A stretch of DNA of 64,000 nt, from IMG/VR virus record IMGVR_UViG_3300038345_000144; one strand, given 5' to 3'. This document shows positions 61,268 to 64,000 of the stretch, piece by piece. A program made the position numbers and the translations under genes. The DNA is from a virus. Lineage: Duplodnaviria > Caudoviricetes. Under the pieces are notes generated by a model, which had not been told where the DNA came from, ran no database searches, and saw only the letters and a list, made by a program, of their open reading frames with translations. Numbering within the stretch: the stretch's first letter is position 1; every line of letters starts with the position of its first letter.

Positions 61268-61582
61268 TTAGTTTGGGTTCTTATCTGTCAAAACGCAGTT
61301 CATATTACTGGTGTAATACCAGTTACCGTTAATTTTTACACGCACTCCCCCGTCGTGAGCACCTATCGCATAATCATCAAGGGAACCTTCTACTATCTCA
61401 CCGTTAGGTAACTGAACATACGCATAGGTGTAACGGGGCATAGTTCCAAAATAGGAACTATCAGTACCACCATTATCTGAACAGCCTGTCAGCAATCCTG
61501 CTACTCCTAAAAACAGAGCAACAATCAAGATAAAACCACCAAACGGGGCAATAATGTCCTTAAAAACGCCCTTTGAGTACAT
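61268..61582 (-). CDS. lipoprotein
   Basis: LTGC lipobox; YAYVQLPNGEIVEG. Confidence 0.65.
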   Translation of the reverse strand: MYSKGVFKDIIAPFGGFILIVALFLGVAGLLTGCSDNGGTDSSYFGTMPRYTYAYVQLPNGEIVEGSLDDYAIGAHDGGVRVKINGNWYYTSNMNCVLTDKNPN

Positions 61583-61606
61583 ATTTTTAATTTCCTTTCT
61601 ATACAA

Positions 61607-63601
61607 TTAAATAGATGTTGCTTTTATTTCAGCCTTCAACTCGTCCATAAATGTTGTAGCCTCAAGTTTCTCGGCAGAGAGGTTATACGAGTTCTCTTCC
61701 TCTGATGTACCGTCTACAACAGTGTCAATATTATTTGACTTATCACTCAACATCTTGATAAATACTCTATCGAAGATGGAGTTAGGGCAGTAGATATAGT
61801 AAATAACACAACCCTCTGTCTGACCAGCACGGCAAATACGGTCCTCGACCTGTTTCATATCGGAAGGGAGCCAAGAGTAGTCTACGATAATCTCTGTATG
61901 TGCTTTTGTAAGTGTAATACCAAGTCCACCTGCGACCATATTAAGAATACATACCTTGTATTTACCCCTCTGGAAGTCGTCAATAGCCTTCTGTTTCTGG
62001 GCATCTGACATACCACCACGGATTTCGCAACAGTTATTCTTGAACTTTGACTTGACATAATCTGCTGACTCAATGAAGTTAACGACAATAACTACACTTT
62101 CTTCAGCATCAATAAGGCTCTTTGCCAACTCAACGGCTGACTCTGCCTTAATCTTGGACAACATAGCCCTACCTGTCATAGCCAAACCCATATAGGTATC
62201 AAGTTTTCTACCTGTTTCCTTATCCTTCTTCGGATGATAAAGACGCTTTTCAATGTCCTTATAAGATGCAGGCAATTTAGGTGTAACAGGGATAAACTGT
62301 CTGATTTTCGTAAGGTGAGGCAATACTTCTTTTCTCAAGTGACGAACCATTACCTGACTCAATATTTCGTGTAATTCTTCAGAGTTTGTACTGCCCTCAA
62401 AGTCTGTAACCTCAATCTCTTCTCTCTTTTTAAGAGCAGGGTTCCACCTCGTAAACTTCTGCTTATCACCACCGCAATACTTCTTGCCGTAGTTAAGCCA
62501 ACTCCATTTATTACCAAAGTTGAACTCCTTGAGTTGTAACATCTTTAGTATATTAAAGAGGTCTTTATTCTTTGACGGAACAGGCGTACCACTCAACAGA
62601 TAGCAATATTCGATAGAACTTGCCAACTGAAGAACAGCGTCGGCTCTTTGAGAGTCAGGATTTCCGTAACTGTTGACCGCTTTACAATAGTGGCACTCGT
62701 CAACAATCATACAGTTGAAATTTCTCTGCAAGTTTGCCAAGAACTTCTTTACTGACTTATAGCCAATAACAGTCCAGTCCTTACCCATATGGAACATTTC
62801 ATCACTATAAAGAACCTGAACATCTTGGTCGTGCTTTGCCTGTAAAATCTCGTTTACCCAGTTAAGTCTTAACGGCTCTGGGCAAATTACCAGTTTAGGC
62901 ATATTAAGGCTCAAACCGACAATGATAGCCTCAAGGGACTTACCAGTACCCTGCTCATTACCAATCAAAAATCTCTTTTTCTTGATAATCTTCTTAACAT
63001 CGGCTACCTGATAATCGAAAGGCTCAATATCAAGTGTGCTTAAATCTATCAATTCACCGTCCACATCCTTATGGAACACAATGTTCTGCTCCATATTGTC
63101 ACGGTCATAACTAATCATCAGTTTGTCTAACCACAAAAGAAATTCGGGGAGTGTGTCAGGCTTAACCGATACAACAATCTTGTCTGGGTATGTCTTGCTA
63201 TCAACGAACTTTAGACAGCCCTTATGGAAGCCTTCCCATAAATCATTTACGAGCGACTTCTCATTAGCGTTTATCTCAAATTCGTGGAAACCATACTTAT
63301 TAACAACGCCTGTCTTAACACAGCGAATATCGGTCCTGATACCCTCGTCATAATAGTCTGATACTGAATGTGAATAATCTTCTTTTGAGTTCTGAACAAT
63401 GCTAAAATACTTCATTCGCAAGTCCATAGCCTCATTCATTTCATCTTCAGGGAGGTCATAGTTACATAAAGCACAGGCAATTAAAAACAAATCATAATCA
63501 TTAGGCTTTTTAAGTTGTGAAATCTTTAATAGTTGACGAGTATCTTTAATGTTGTAAGCCTTATTGTCCAACATTTCCTTATTCTTTTGCATTAAATCCA
63601 T
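61607..63601 (-). CDS. SNF2-family (HARP/SMARCAL1-like) helicase
   Basis: EQGTGKS, DECH, SGTP, GLGITLT, QVEDRICRAGQ. Confidence 0.9.
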   Translation of the reverse strand: MDLMQKNKEMLDNKAYNIKDTRQLLKISQLKKPNDYDLFLIACALCNYDLPEDEMNEAMDLRMKYFSIVQNSKEDYSHSVSDYYDEGIRTDIRCVKTGVVNKYGFHEFEINANEKSLVNDLWEGFHKGCLKFVDSKTYPDKIVVSVKPDTLPEFLLWLDKLMISYDRDNMEQNIVFHKDVDGELIDLSTLDIEPFDYQVADVKKIIKKKRFLIGNEQGTGKSLEAIIVGLSLNMPKLVICPEPLRLNWVNEILQAKHDQDVQVLYSDEMFHMGKDWTVIGYKSVKKFLANLQRNFNCMIVDECHYCKAVNSYGNPDSQRADAVLQLASSIEYCYLLSGTPVPSKNKDLFNILKMLQLKEFNFGNKWSWLNYGKKYCGGDKQKFTRWNPALKKREEIEVTDFEGSTNSEELHEILSQVMVRHLRKEVLPHLTKIRQFIPVTPKLPASYKDIEKRLYHPKKDKETGRKLDTYMGLAMTGRAMLSKIKAESAVELAKSLIDAEESVVIVVNFIESADYVKSKFKNNCCEIRGGMSDAQKQKAIDDFQRGKYKVCILNMVAGGLGITLTKAHTEIIVDYSWLPSDMKQVEDRICRAGQTEGCVIYYIYCPNSIFDRVFIKMLSDKSNNIDTVVDGTSEEENSYNLSAEKLEATTFMDELKAEIKATSI

Positions 63602-63603
63602 TA

Positions 63604-63837
63604 TTATTTTCCTTTACTCTCTAAATATTCAATTTCGTCCATTTCAACTTCGTCGATGGTCATAGCAACCTGTCTGGTTACATAACCCTTTGTCCATATA
63701 AACTTAATTTTCTTATCCTCATAAACCAAAATAGCATCTTGAGGAACTTTGAAACCACGCTTGATAAATAACTCACGCACTCGTTCTTTCGTCTTGAAGT
63801 AGTTATCTATCATTAACTTAATTTGCATTGTGTCCAT
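63604..63837 (-). CDS. hypothetical protein
   Basis: ORF upstream of the helicase. Confidence 0.5.
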   Translation of the reverse strand: MDTMQIKLMIDNYFKTKERVRELFIKRGFKVPQDAILVYEDKKIKFIWTKGYVTRQVAMTIDEVEMDEIEYLESKGK

Positions 63838-64000
63838 TAGGATTACCCCCAAAATATTTATCTCATCGTTTGTGCTACCTCACCAATAAAAATAGACACA
63901 CGAAAAGAACCGCACCTTTTACAATGCGGATTATCACAAGTAGCACTGGTCATTTTACTCTTTTCTTGTGTCATTATGTCCTTATATAAATAGAGGGCAG

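Noticed and set aside
257-63353. Plus-strand ORFs in the track
   Set aside because: Nearly all are antisense shadows of minus-strand genes or span intergenic DNA, without SD or motifs
1-64000. tRNA/rRNA genes, IS elements, stop-codon recoding
   Set aside because: No cloverleaf, rRNA or transposase recognised; long conserved genes are intact in code 11 and all three stop codons are used

Overview
Low-GC, gene-dense window in which essentially every credible gene lies on the minus strand, with Firmicutes-type SD sequences and sigmaA-like promoters. It looks like part of a very large extrachromosomal element (jumbo phage or phage-like conjugative megaplasmid) of a Clostridia-like host. It carries replication/repair genes (SbcC/SbcD, two SSBs, RusA, NAD-dependent ligase, SNF2 helicase), nucleotide enzymes, a sirtuin, an AbiE-like TA pair, secreted nucleases, divergent conjugation/pilus-like genes (lysozyme-membrane fusion, TcpE-like, VirB4 N-terminal-like, PilT-like, MinD/CpaE-like) and dozens of small phage-like ORFs. 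I saw no capsid, terminase, tRNA or cas gene. The most striking signal is non-coding. (1) Three dispersed cas-less CRISPR-like mini-arrays (16333-16413, 32738-32928, 33700-33960; 11 degenerate hairpin repeats with type I-E geometry). One spacer encodes the DnaA motif FVVGDCNRYAH and another a GTPase G1 motif VGKSTLFKAI, suggesting the element re-programs a host Cascade against core host genes. (2) Several promoter-to-terminator small RNA units that are antisense to SD/start-codon regions; one is antisense to a glycosyltransferase-like start, MKVAIFTE. (3) Several 9-12-bp-period repeat clusters. All product calls come from motif recognition by eye; no database searches were run.
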